This document shows positions 36,427 through 45,607 of a stretch of 64,000 nt of DNA, one piece after another. Source of the DNA: an archaeon. GTDB taxonomy: Archaea; Iainarchaeota; Iainarchaeia; Iainarchaeales; Iainarchaeaceae. Where the stretch lies: the NCBI GenBank assembly GCA_035655435.1, contig DASRUN010000066.1, positions 520 through 64,519 of the forward strand, in the 5' to 3' direction. The position numbers and the translations under genes are program-made. The notes below the pieces were generated by a model. The model saw nothing but the letters and a program-made list of their open reading frames with translations. It ran no database searches and had not been told where the DNA came from. Position 1 is the stretch's first letter. Every line of letters starts with the position of its first letter.

Positions 36427-36864
36427 ATGGCAGAAGGAGAATTTGCGGGAAGCAGTTTGCAGAAAAAAAGGAAAAAGTGGCGCAGAAAAGACAGGAAGCA
36501 CCAGAAAAAAATTAAAGCAAAAATGGGGAAAGCCAAAAGAGAAGATCTTTTGGAAGGGTCTCCGCAAGCGAAAGGAATTGTAATTGAAAAAAGAGGGGTA
36601 ACGGCAAAGCAACCTAACTCCGGAATAAGAAAATGTGTAAGAGTACAGTTGATAAAAAACGGCAAGCAGGTTACGGCTTTGGCGCCAAAAGACGGTGCAA
36701 TAAAATTTATCGATGAACATGATGAGGTTACAATAGAGGGAATCGGCGGAGCACAAGGCGGTCCAAAGGGAGATCTTTGGGGCGTTAAGTACAGGGTTAC
36801 GCATGTAAACGGAATTGCACTTGAAATGCTTAGAAAAGGAAAGAAAGAGAAAGTTAAGAGATGA
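36427..36864 (+). CDS. rps12: ribosomal protein uS12
   Basis: [36 protein letters not shown] signature. Start set at MAEGEF (the track start 36394 reads through the cassette). Confidence 0.95.
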   Translation: MAEGEFAGSSLQKKRKKWRRKDRKHQKKIKAKMGKAKREDLLEGSPQAKGIVIEKRGVTAKQPNSGIRKCVRVQLIKNGKQVTALAPKDGAIKFIDEHDEVTIEGIGGAQGGPKGDLWGVKYRVTHVNGIALEMLRKGKKEKVKR

Positions 36865-36870
36865 TTTTTT

Positions 36871-37494
36871 ATGGATAGAAAAAGCGATACAACAATGCTG
36901 GTTTTCGGAAAGTGGGATACAAGCGGGGTTCAAATCAAGGATCCGAGCCTTGCAAAATATGTTTCACTTGAATCAAAAAAAATTCCCCACACATTCGGAA
37001 AACAGACGAGAAAAAGATTTGCAAAAGGAAAACTTAGTATTGTGGAAAGATTGATCAACAAAATAATGAGATCCGGGCAAGGGAAAAGAAAACTTTCCGG
37101 AAAATACATTAGAGGCAGGGGAAGCTGCGGAAAAAAATTGCAGGCAATGCACATAGTTGAAAATGCGTTTGAGATCATTGAAAAGAAAACAAACAAGAAT
37201 CCTATTCAGGTTCTTATTGACGGAATACAATTCGCAGGCCCAAGAGAAGATATTACAAGAATTAAGAGGGGCGGAGTTTCTTATTCTGTTTCCGTTGATG
37301 TTGCACCTTTAAAAAAAGTTGATGAATCTTTGAAAAATTTGGCTCTTGCTGCTTTTTCCGGTTCGTTCAACAAAAAAACAAGCGCATCAGAAGCCCTTGC
37401 GGCTGAATTGATTGCCGCATCAAACGAGGACAACGCAAGCTTCAGCGTCAAGAGAAGAGACGAAGTTGAAAGGATTGCAAAAGCATCCAGATAA
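36871..37494 (+). CDS. rps7: ribosomal protein uS7
   Basis: 207 aa. LVERLINKIMRSG... and C-terminal KRRDEVERIAKA pattern. Conserved order. Confidence 0.95.
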   Translation: MDRKSDTTMLVFGKWDTSGVQIKDPSLAKYVSLESKKIPHTFGKQTRKRFAKGKLSIVERLINKIMRSGQGKRKLSGKYIRGRGSCGKKLQAMHIVENAFEIIEKKTNKNPIQVLIDGIQFAGPREDITRIKRGGVSYSVSVDVAPLKKVDESLKNLALAAFSGSFNKKTSASEALAAELIAASNEDNASFSVKRRDEVERIAKASR

Positions 37495-37530
37495 TGAGCT
37501 GATTGAATGAAAAATTATTTTACAACTACA

Positions 37531-37626
37531 ATGAGCGAAGCTAGTGTGACCGAAGGTCGTGGCATCGAGCACCGCGAAGATGACACAGGTCTAACGGCGG
37601 ACCTCTCCGCCGCGAGGTGTCGCTGA
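37531..37626 (+). promoter_or_regulatory. GC-rich structured leader cassette, copy D (before EF-2)
   Basis: About 50 nt nearly identical to copy B. Segments AGGTC, GACCTC and GAGGTGT form mutually exclusive pairings. TGA is followed directly by ATG 37627. Confidence 0.55.
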
Positions 37627-39819
37627 ATGGCCAAAAAGGAAGATATTGTAAAGCTAGCGGAAAAGCTGATGAATACTAGAGAAAACATCAGAAACATGGG
37701 GATAGTTGCGCACATTGATCATGGAAAATCAACTCTTGCCGATTCACTTGTTGCTGCCTCAGGATTGATGAGCGAAGAGCTTGCCGGCCAACAAAGAGTA
37801 ATGGATTATGAGGATCAGGAACAAGCTCGAGGAATAACAATTAACGCAGCAAACATTTCCCTTTCGCACACACTCGACGGAAAAGATTATTTGATCAATC
37901 TGATTGACACGCCCGGGCATGTTGATTTTGGGGGAGAGGTAATTCGAGCAATGAGAGCCGTTGATGGAGTTATTCTTGTTGTTGATGCGGTTGAAGGAGT
38001 AATGCCGCAAACCGAAACAGTTATCAGGCAGGCATTAAGGGAATACGTGAAACCGGTTCTTTTCATAAACAAAGTTGACAGGCTTATCAACGAATTACAA
38101 TTATCAGAACAGCAGATGCAGGAAAGATTTGTGAAAACAATTACTCATGTTAATACTCTCATAAAAAAGAATGTTCCAAAAGAATTTGCGGAAGAATGGA
38201 CGGTAAAAGTACAGGATGGTTCTGTTACATTTGGAAGCGCATACAACAAGTGGGCGGTTTCAGTTCCAAGGATGTCAAAAACAGGGGTTTCGTTCAAACA
38301 GGTTTACGAGTATTTGAAAAGCGGCAACCAAAAAGAGTTAGCGCAAAAAAGCAGGTTAACCGAAGCAATATTGGATATGGTTACAAGACACCTTCCAAAT
38401 CCTGTGAAAGCGCAATCATACAGGATGGCGGTTATTTGGAAAGGGGAATCTGAATCAAACATTGGAATTGCAATGAAAACGTGCGACGAGAACGGTCCTT
38501 TCGCAATGATGGTTACGGATGTTAGTGTTGACAAACACTCCGGAGATATTGCAACCGGAAGAGTTTACTCGGGAAAAGTACAGAAAGGATTGAAAGTGAA
38601 ACTTATCGGAAGTCATAAAGAAGTCCAGATACAAAAAATCGGTTTGTTCATGGGCGCGGATTTTGTCGAAGCCGTCATGGTTCCTGCAGGAAACATTGTT
38701 GCGCTTGTGGGATTGAAAGAAGTTTATGCGGGAGAGACAATCAGCACGGAAGCTGTGAAGGCATTTGAAAGTTTCATGAGCGAAGTCGAACCTGTTATTA
38801 CAATTTCGATTGAGGCAAAAAACACGAAAGATCTTCCAAAACTTATTGAGGTTATAAGACAGCTGAGCAAAGAGGATCCGAATTTGAAGACCACAATAAA
38901 TCAGGATACCGGAGAGCATCTTTTGAGTGGAATGGGAGAACTTCACTTGGAAATAAACCAATACAGAATTGAACAGCATCACAAAGTTCCTATTACAGTT
39001 TCACAACCGATTGTTGTTTACCACGAAACAATAAACAAAGAATCCCCGGTTCTTGAATCAAAGAGCCCGAACAAGCACAACAAGCTCAAATTGCACGCTG
39101 AAAAAATTCCCCAAGAACTCTTGGATAATCTTATCAAAAGCCACATTGACGGAAAAATAAAACCCAAAGATAAAGAAATGATCGCAAAATTCCAGGAAAT
39201 GGGTTTTGAAAATGATTTCTCCAAAAAAATTTGGGCAGTGCACAATAATTGCATGCTAGCGGACATGACAAGGGGGATAGAGGCATTGCATGAAATTAGG
39301 GAACTTGTAATACAGGGTTTCAATGATACAATGGATGCCGGACCGCTTGCAAAGGAAAAATGCTTTGGAGTACTTATTGTAATAGAAGATGCAACATTGC
39401 ATGAAGATGCAATCCATAGGGGGCCAGCACAAATGCTTCCAACAATGACAAGAGGTTGTTATGCGTGCATGCTTTCCGCGGATGCTGTTCTTTACGAACC
39501 AAAGCAAAGGTTAACAATTACAGTTCCGGAAGATTATTTAGGAGCGGTTTCTAAAGAACTTGGTTCTAGGAGAACACAAATATCCGAAATGCGCCAGGAA
39601 GGGGATTCATCTATTATAATTGGAAACGCCCCGGTAAAGGAACTAATCGGATTTTCCAGCACTATCAGGGGGGCAACACAAGGAAGGGCCTTGTGGACTG
39701 CTGAATATGCGGGCTATGAATTGCTTCCAAGGGAATTGCAAAAGAAAACCATTGAGGAAATAAGGAAGAGAAAGGGAATGGATCCCGAAGTCAAGCCTGC
39801 TGCATTCTTTTTGGATTAA
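37627..39819 (+). CDS. fusA: translation elongation factor aEF-2
   Basis: 730 aa. NMGIVAHIDHGKSTL, DTPGHVDF, NKVDR GTPase motifs. A His-containing loop (HEDAIHRGPAQ) marks the diphthamide site. Confidence 0.95.
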   Translation: MAKKEDIVKLAEKLMNTRENIRNMGIVAHIDHGKSTLADSLVAASGLMSEELAGQQRVMDYEDQEQARGITINAANISLSHTLDGKDYLINLIDTPGHVDFGGEVIRAMRAVDGVILVVDAVEGVMPQTETVIRQALREYVKPVLFINKVDRLINELQLSEQQMQERFVKTITHVNTLIKKNVPKEFAEEWTVKVQDGSVTFGSAYNKWAVSVPRMSKTGVSFKQVYEYLKSGNQKELAQKSRLTEAILDMVTRHLPNPVKAQSYRMAVIWKGESESNIGIAMKTCDENGPFAMMVTDVSVDKHSGDIATGRVYSGKVQKGLKVKLIGSHKEVQIQKIGLFMGADFVEAVMVPAGNIVALVGLKEVYAGETISTEAVKAFESFMSEVEPVITISIEAKNTKDLPKLIEVIRQLSKEDPNLKTTINQDTGEHLLSGMGELHLEINQYRIEQHHKVPITVSQPIVVYHETINKESPVLESKSPNKHNKLKLHAEKIPQELLDNLIKSHIDGKIKPKDKEMIAKFQEMGFENDFSKKIWAVHNNCMLADMTRGIEALHEIRELVIQGFNDTMDAGPLAKEKCFGVLIVIEDATLHEDAIHRGPAQMLPTMTRGCYACMLSADAVLYEPKQRLTITVPEDYLGAVSKELGSRRTQISEMRQEGDSSIIIGNAPVKELIGFSSTIRGATQGRALWTAEYAGYELLPRELQKKTIEEIRKRKGMDPEVKPAAFFLD

Positions 39820-39866
39820 AGTCTCTACAAATAAATTTTTATAATAATAAAAACACAAACTACTTG

Positions 39867-40745
39867 ATGCTAGAAAGATTCCGCGGGATTCTGTGGAAAG
39901 TTGCTCCAATAAAAACTAAGCCAAAAGAAACAGGAATTCTTGTGCCTGTTCAATCAATTCGAGGATTAGGTCTTAAAAGCAAATCAAAGATATTTGTAAC
40001 TAGAGATCAGGCTGCTTCAATTGAAGAGCTCATAGAAAGATTTGACGAGGACTTTCACAAGTCAGGATTATCCGGCTTTTCAAAGGATAAGTTGGGAAAG
40101 CTTGGAATGGCCGCTTCTGCGACCGCAAGCACTTCTCCATTTGTGCTAACAAAAATGACGAAAGAAGCCCTAAAACAAACACATGAAATAAATGCGCTGC
40201 TACGTAAGAAAGGTTTGCCGGTCATAAATATAATGGAAGATTATGAGCACGGAGAGAAAGAGCGCCTGGTACTTGTTGAAAAACAAGGTGATAGCTCTTT
40301 ATTATCGCTGGCCGGAACAACTAAGGTCGGATTAGGTATAAAAGATGTGGAAGAATATTTGCGAGTTCTTGGAACGCTGAATTCTTTAGGAATTTCACAC
40401 AATCACCCTCATTATGGAAATTTCTTTAAGCGCGGAACAAGAATAGGCGTATTTGATTTTTCAATGATAAAAAGAAGCCATAACCTCAAGTGGAATGACG
40501 TTAAAGAGGTTCATCTTTTCTTTTCTAATGATTACGAAGTTGCAATGCAAATGATAGCTAATTCTGCTTTAATTAACCAAAAAATTTCTAAAATCATAAA
40601 AAGAGGAAATGTTGGAATTCTGCTTAAAACCCTAGTCGAACCATTGCAATCCAGCCCAGAAACAAAGAGGAGACTCGTGGACAATTTATCATACCAATTC
40701 TATTCAATTATTCTGCCGGAAATAAATGAACTAAGTCGGCATTGA
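39867..40745 (+). CDS. hypothetical protein, possibly a degenerate kinase-like fold
   Basis: LGISHNHPHYGNFF...IGVFDFS loosely recalls the HxDxxxxN / DFG loops of small atypical kinases. Weak call. Confidence 0.3.
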   Translation: MLERFRGILWKVAPIKTKPKETGILVPVQSIRGLGLKSKSKIFVTRDQAASIEELIERFDEDFHKSGLSGFSKDKLGKLGMAASATASTSPFVLTKMTKEALKQTHEINALLRKKGLPVINIMEDYEHGEKERLVLVEKQGDSSLLSLAGTTKVGLGIKDVEEYLRVLGTLNSLGISHNHPHYGNFFKRGTRIGVFDFSMIKRSHNLKWNDVKEVHLFFSNDYEVAMQMIANSALINQKISKIIKRGNVGILLKTLVEPLQSSPETKRRLVDNLSYQFYSIILPEINELSRH

Positions 40746-40976
40746 ATCGATTTTCTTTAATTTTCACCAAGTCCGAATTTTTGCAAAAAGTAAATACTAA
40801 TTCACTAGGTATTTTTCCCGTTTTCTTACTCGATTACTTCAACAACCATTTGTTTACCTTTCAAATAAAATTACTTTTTTTCCGGCAAATTTTACCCTAA
40901 TTTTCAATTGCTCTATTGCGAAATAGTTATATATTAAAAGTAATTAATATATTCACAAAAAATTAGAGGAATATTT

Positions 40977-43900
40977 GTGGACAAACAACAGCAAACAATA
41001 GTGGGAATTTGCATTGCGGGAATACTCCTTGGATTGATTTTAATTGTTGTTTTTTTACAGCCAACACCGCAACAAATAGAAAATATTCCGCAAACAAATG
41101 AACAGGAAACAAACAATACACTTTGTTTGGAAAGCTGTTCTGCATGTGAATTTGATGAGGTTTGTGAAACTAACGGAATAAAAACATGCATTAATTCTAA
41201 TTGTGAAACCACAATCAATGCATGCTCGCGAGAACTTCCATTGGAATGTTACATACAAGGGCAGTCTGATTCTGAAAGCATAACAGCAAAGGCAATCCGA
41301 GAAAATAATGTGGATGAATGCGATTCGCTTGGTGGAGCGGAAGCACAATTGTGTGCAAGCGAATTTTATTACAATAAATTTTTGGAAACAAAAGACGTTT
41401 CTTTTTGCGGAAAAATAATTGATTTTAATATCAAAATGAAATGTTTGAATTATGATGATGAACCGCAAGAGCAGGAACCACTTATTCCCACAGATCTTGG
41501 AAATCGAACCGTGCAAACATCGGGAAAAAAATTGGTTGAAAGTGGGAAGAATTTTGCAACCTATGAAATTTCAGGAGACCCTGATAATGATCCTTCAACA
41601 ACCGCAATGGTTACGGAAGTTTATTTTGAACCGGAAGAAATTCGCTTTGCAACCCTGTCAGTTCCCGTTTCTACAGTAACTGGCATGTCACCAAACTATG
41701 GCAGCAATTCTTATGAATGGATTGACAATGTTCTGACAGGCAGGGCATACTGCCGAACCCTCCTTGGCTTTTGCGCGCCTGGCTGCGATTGCTCAATCGA
41801 GGGGGATGCACAAAGGACTTTTTCAAGCGATGAAACAACTGAAACAATTAATCTTCCAAACTGGCAATCGCAAAACTCAGTTGAGGTTGAGTTGGGCAGC
41901 GGCATGTGGGGAAATTTTGTGATATCCAGATTGATTTTCGGGCTGCTTAACTTTGAAACAGCGCCGTGGCATTCAAATACTTCAATTAACATAAAAAAAT
42001 CCGGAACAGGATCTTTCTTTTCAACGGGTTTTCTAGGAACAGGAACCTGTTTTGAACCTGATGTAGAAAGCAGGTGCAATGCAATTGGAGGAACTGAAAT
42101 CAGGCATCTAATGAGCGGTGTAACTCCGGGAACCGGATTGGTTTTGGATCCGGATCCAACAGGAAATGTGGATGTTACAATAAAACTAGACCACGAGGTT
42201 AGCGGAGATTCTTGGGGAGTTTTTGTGAATAGATCAGGCTATGTCTCGCCTAATCCAAGAGTGGTTGTGTACATTAATTGGAACAGGAACGATGATCCAC
42301 CGACAATAACCGCGCAAGTTTGCTCTGTTACGGAAGGGGATGAAACAATAATTTCCTGTGCACCAACATTGCCAAATGACACTCAACTATTAAAGTGCAT
42401 TACAACTTACTCCGACCCTGAAGGGGATAGAGCTGCGGAAGCATATTCTTGGGAGGCGAATGGAAGCGCGGTTCCGTTTGAAGAAAATCAAACCATAAGT
42501 TTAGGCGGTTTTACCAGAACTAATCCAAACACATTCAGATGCACTTTTACAGTAAACCCTTTAAGCCCTTCAACACAACCTGATGTGAGCGTTACTTCCT
42601 TACTCGCAACAGTGGACGCGGTTTCCAACAGCGGAGGCCTTGTTCTCCACATGCCGTTTGACACGGATTTCAGTGATTCTTCAACATTTAATAATAATGG
42701 AACACCGATGAACGGAGCAACAATAACAGAAACCGGAAAACTCTGCGGAGCGCTAGAGCTTGATGGAACAGATGACTTTGTTGAGGTTTTGGATTCGGGT
42801 TCGCTTGATATTGAGAATGAAATAACAATCGCCGCCTGGGTTAACACAGAGAATCTCAATGGAACAAGAATGATTGTATCAAAATATTTCCGACAAGGTT
42901 TCAGAGATAATTATGCAATGATGCTTGTATCAAGTAGTTTATTCGGAAGCTTGGAGAAAAATTGTTTTAGATGCCTGAGCGCTTGGTTCGGAACGGATAG
43001 AGATGTTCCTGCAAACACGTGGAAACATGTTGCATTAACGTATGATGGAGCTCAGGCAAAATTGTATGTGGATGGGCAACTAAAAGAAACATTGGATGAA
43101 ACAGGTGCGATTGGAACAAATAACGAGCCATTGCATATTGGAGCGGAAAAAGAAACTAGCTTCAGAAACCCAAATCCGCCATTTCAAGATTTTTTCTCCG
43201 GAAAAATTGATGATTTGAGAATTTACAGCAGGGTGCTTTCACAATCAGAAATACAAGCGCTCACGCTTGAAACATGCAATGAACCGGAACCTGAAACACC
43301 AACATGTACAATAGAAAATGCGAATCCCGTAAACATTCCACTTGGCGGAACAACTGATGTTACGATTTCGCTTGAAAATTTTACAACACCTCCAAGTAAT
43401 TTCGGAAGTCTTGCATGTGGAGATGGAGCAACTGCATCACGCATAAGCTGCACGCAAACCCAATGTACATTTAGATGCTCGAATTATAATTCCGCGGGAA
43501 CATTTACAATCAACAATCTTTCCGGATTGACAAACGGATCTGAAACCGCGAACTGCAATGGTTCGGCAATTGTTAATGTTCAGGCGCCGATAAATACGGA
43601 TTGTTCAGATAATGGCGGAACATGCAGGAACACTTGCCCTATTTCGGAAGAACGAGTACCGGCATTCACGTGCTCCAATCCTTCGCAAATTTGTTGCATT
43701 GATGTTTGCCCGGATTCTGTGGAAGTGAATGGTTCGTGCGGATGCGGAGGAGTAATAATAAACGATGGTTATTGTTGTGAAGGAATTCCTTCAAGCACGC
43801 AGTGCTCCGAGCCCACACAGAATAATTTGGTTGGAATTAATCTTGAAACGGATAAAAAAGAGTACGGAAACGAAAATGCCGCAATCACTGTTACGGTTGC

Positions 43901-44264
43901 AAAGAAAGCAATTGGATTTGGCGGAAATGCAGGGGTTGCATTGAAGGCAATAAGGGAAAAGGATTCAATGCAAATAACTCTTCCTGTTTCCTCAATGAAT
44001 TTTAATTTTGCGCTAACCGATCCGGTTGGGGAAACAGAACAACAATTGTTCACATTGAACACCGGATCATTGCAATCCGGAGTTTACACTTTGACGGCTG
44101 AAATTACACAAACAATGCCGGAAAACGATACAATAAGGGCGGATAACATTGATTCGGAAACAATAATAATCAAACCAAGGGCAACGGTTGCCGCGCCCGA
44201 AATACACCCAATATTTGTAGTTTTGATTGTATTCGCTGTTTTGATGATCCTTAAAAGGAACTAA
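40977..44264 (+). CDS. giant surface protein with LamG/concanavalin-like domain, Cys-rich modules, CARDB-like region and conserved C-terminal anchor
   Basis: 1095 aa. N-terminal TM helix. LamG_3-type segment LVLHMPFD...ITIAAWVN...WKHVALTYDG..AKLYVDG...GKIDDLRIYSRVLS. C-terminal VAAPEIHPIFVVLIVFAVLMILKRN. Confidence 0.65.
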   Translation: MDKQQQTIVGICIAGILLGLILIVVFLQPTPQQIENIPQTNEQETNNTLCLESCSACEFDEVCETNGIKTCINSNCETTINACSRELPLECYIQGQSDSESITAKAIRENNVDECDSLGGAEAQLCASEFYYNKFLETKDVSFCGKIIDFNIKMKCLNYDDEPQEQEPLIPTDLGNRTVQTSGKKLVESGKNFATYEISGDPDNDPSTTAMVTEVYFEPEEIRFATLSVPVSTVTGMSPNYGSNSYEWIDNVLTGRAYCRTLLGFCAPGCDCSIEGDAQRTFSSDETTETINLPNWQSQNSVEVELGSGMWGNFVISRLIFGLLNFETAPWHSNTSINIKKSGTGSFFSTGFLGTGTCFEPDVESRCNAIGGTEIRHLMSGVTPGTGLVLDPDPTGNVDVTIKLDHEVSGDSWGVFVNRSGYVSPNPRVVVYINWNRNDDPPTITAQVCSVTEGDETIISCAPTLPNDTQLLKCITTYSDPEGDRAAEAYSWEANGSAVPFEENQTISLGGFTRTNPNTFRCTFTVNPLSPSTQPDVSVTSLLATVDAVSNSGGLVLHMPFDTDFSDSSTFNNNGTPMNGATITETGKLCGALELDGTDDFVEVLDSGSLDIENEITIAAWVNTENLNGTRMIVSKYFRQGFRDNYAMMLVSSSLFGSLEKNCFRCLSAWFGTDRDVPANTWKHVALTYDGAQAKLYVDGQLKETLDETGAIGTNNEPLHIGAEKETSFRNPNPPFQDFFSGKIDDLRIYSRVLSQSEIQALTLETCNEPEPETPTCTIENANPVNIPLGGTTDVTISLENFTTPPSNFGSLACGDGATASRISCTQTQCTFRCSNYNSAGTFTINNLSGLTNGSETANCNGSAIVNVQAPINTDCSDNGGTCRNTCPISEERVPAFTCSNPSQICCIDVCPDSVEVNGSCGCGGVIINDGYCCEGIPSSTQCSEPTQNNLVGINLETDKKEYGNENAAITVTVAKKAIGFGGNAGVALKAIREKDSMQITLPVSSMNFNFALTDPVGETEQQLFTLNTGSLQSGVYTLTAEITQTMPENDTIRADNIDSETIIIKPRATVAAPEIHPIFVVLIVFAVLMILKRN

Positions 44265-44278
44265 TAGACGCTGGCGGA

Positions 44279-45607
44279 TTAGGAAATCTTCTTACCTTTG
44301 CGGGTTTGAAAATCAATTGTTTCGCCAAGCAGCCATTTCCAAAGTGGCGTATATTGTATTTTGTATTTGCCCTCTTTCTGCGTTACCTCAAAATCTGAAG
44401 TTATTACTAGAAGATTTTTGCACCTCAGTTCCTCTGCAGCTTTTATGAGCGGTTTGAGCTCGCGCTCTTTAGTGGGCCCATTATTCAGATTATAGCACAC
44501 TTGTATGAGTTGTTCTACTTTGGTTCCCTTCTTTACCACAAAATCCACTTCGTTGTGCTGGTGGTCTTTCCAGTAGTACACTTCAGTTCCGGGGTTTCTG
44601 GATTTTTTTCGCAGAAGCTCCACACAAACAATATTTTCATACAGCCTGCCGTCATTTTTTGAAATGTTGAAACTGACAAAGTTACAGAACCCGTGGTCAA
44701 TGCAATAAACTTTTTTTGGCGCAATTATCTGCTGCTTCAACTTGTGGGAATACCTTTCAAGAACAGTAAGCAGATAAGCTTCCTGCAAATATTGGACATA
44801 GTTCTTTGTGGTGTGCTGGTCTTTAAGACCGACAATCTTTGTGAGTTTGGAATACGTGAATTCATTTGAAAAATTTGAAACAAGATAACCAGCAAGCTCC
44901 CGAAAGCTTTTCTCTTCTTTTATGTTATGCCTTTTAATGCAATCCTTAGTAACAATGTCGCCATAAATTTCTCTCACAATGTCAGAACCAAACACTCTGA
45001 ATTCTGGCAATCCACTGCCTTCAACGTATTTTTCCAACTCACGCCTTGCAAATGCGATTTCCTCGGTAGAATAAACATTTTGTTTCAGGCCAGACGATTC
45101 CGTAAAAGAAAAAGGGAATATTGTAAAATCAAGGTGCCTGCCAGTCAAATGTGTTGCAAGTTCCCCGCTTAAGAGTTTTGAATCGCTCCCAGTCACAATA
45201 ACTTTTTTCGTCCTGCGAAGTCTATTAGCAAAAAGCTCCCATCCATGTACCTGCTGTATCTCATCAAGAATTATGAACTCCACATCACCATAAAGCTCGT
45301 AAAACGCCTGGAGCACTTTGTCAAGGTCCTCGGTTTTCACGTTTATTAGGCGCTCATCAACAAAATTAATGTAAGCAGCCTTTTCTTTCAGGCTGTGCGC
45401 AAGCAAAAGCGAAAAAATGGACTTACCACTCCTGCGTACTCCAAGGATTACGAGAACATTAGGGGCTGAAAGATATTTTTTCGCAACGTCTATTCCTTCC
45501 CTGCCAACTATTTCTTCTTTTGCAAATTTATTCTCAATTTCCTTCCGCTGGCCCTCGATAATGCGCTTTAAAATATCTATTTCCATGTGAATAGTAACCA
45601 CAGACAT
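44279..45607 (-). CDS. AAA-type ATPase with DUF4143-like C-terminal domain
   Basis: 442 aa. Walker A GVRRSGKS, Walker B FIILDEIQ. The architecture is common in archaeal AAA_14/DUF4143 proteins. Confidence 0.7.
   Translation of the reverse strand: MSVVTIHMEIDILKRIIEGQRKEIENKFAKEEIVGREGIDVAKKYLSAPNVLVILGVRRSGKSIFSLLLAHSLKEKAAYINFVDERLINVKTEDLDKVLQAFYELYGDVEFIILDEIQQVHGWELFANRLRRTKKVIVTGSDSKLLSGELATHLTGRHLDFTIFPFSFTESSGLKQNVYSTEEIAFARRELEKYVEGSGLPEFRVFGSDIVREIYGDIVTKDCIKRHNIKEEKSFRELAGYLVSNFSNEFTYSKLTKIVGLKDQHTTKNYVQYLQEAYLLTVLERYSHKLKQQIIAPKKVYCIDHGFCNFVSFNISKNDGRLYENIVCVELLRKKSRNPGTEVYYWKDHQHNEVDFVVKKGTKVEQLIQVCYNLNNGPTKERELKPLIKAAEELRCKNLLVITSDFEVTQKEGKYKIQYTPLWKWLLGETIDFQTRKGKKIS

Noticed and set aside
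35041-36933. Long minus-strand ORFs 35041..35685 (214 aa) and 36253..36933 (226 aa)
   Set aside because: They are antisense shadows of rpoA''/rpl30e and of cassette C/rps12, which have unambiguous identities. The same reasoning rejects 26899..27594(+), 16723..17466(-), 32733..33353(-), 54196..54765(-), 12137..12703(+), 20472..20981(-) and 38455..38982(-).
29625-37626. Leader ORF products (31-44 aa) as conserved functional micro-proteins
   Set aside because: Peptide lengths and most of the sequence differ between copies. The variable hairpin-loop base changes the amino acid (E/A/V) while stems co-vary. Conservation therefore tracks RNA structure and the stop position, not the peptide.
27921-39819. 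Inteins or other large insertions in RNAP subunits and EF-2
   Set aside because: Subunit lengths (491, 607, 871, 417 and 730 aa) are ordinary. No Cys/Ser...His-Asn splice-junction blocks or homing-endonuclease motifs were seen.
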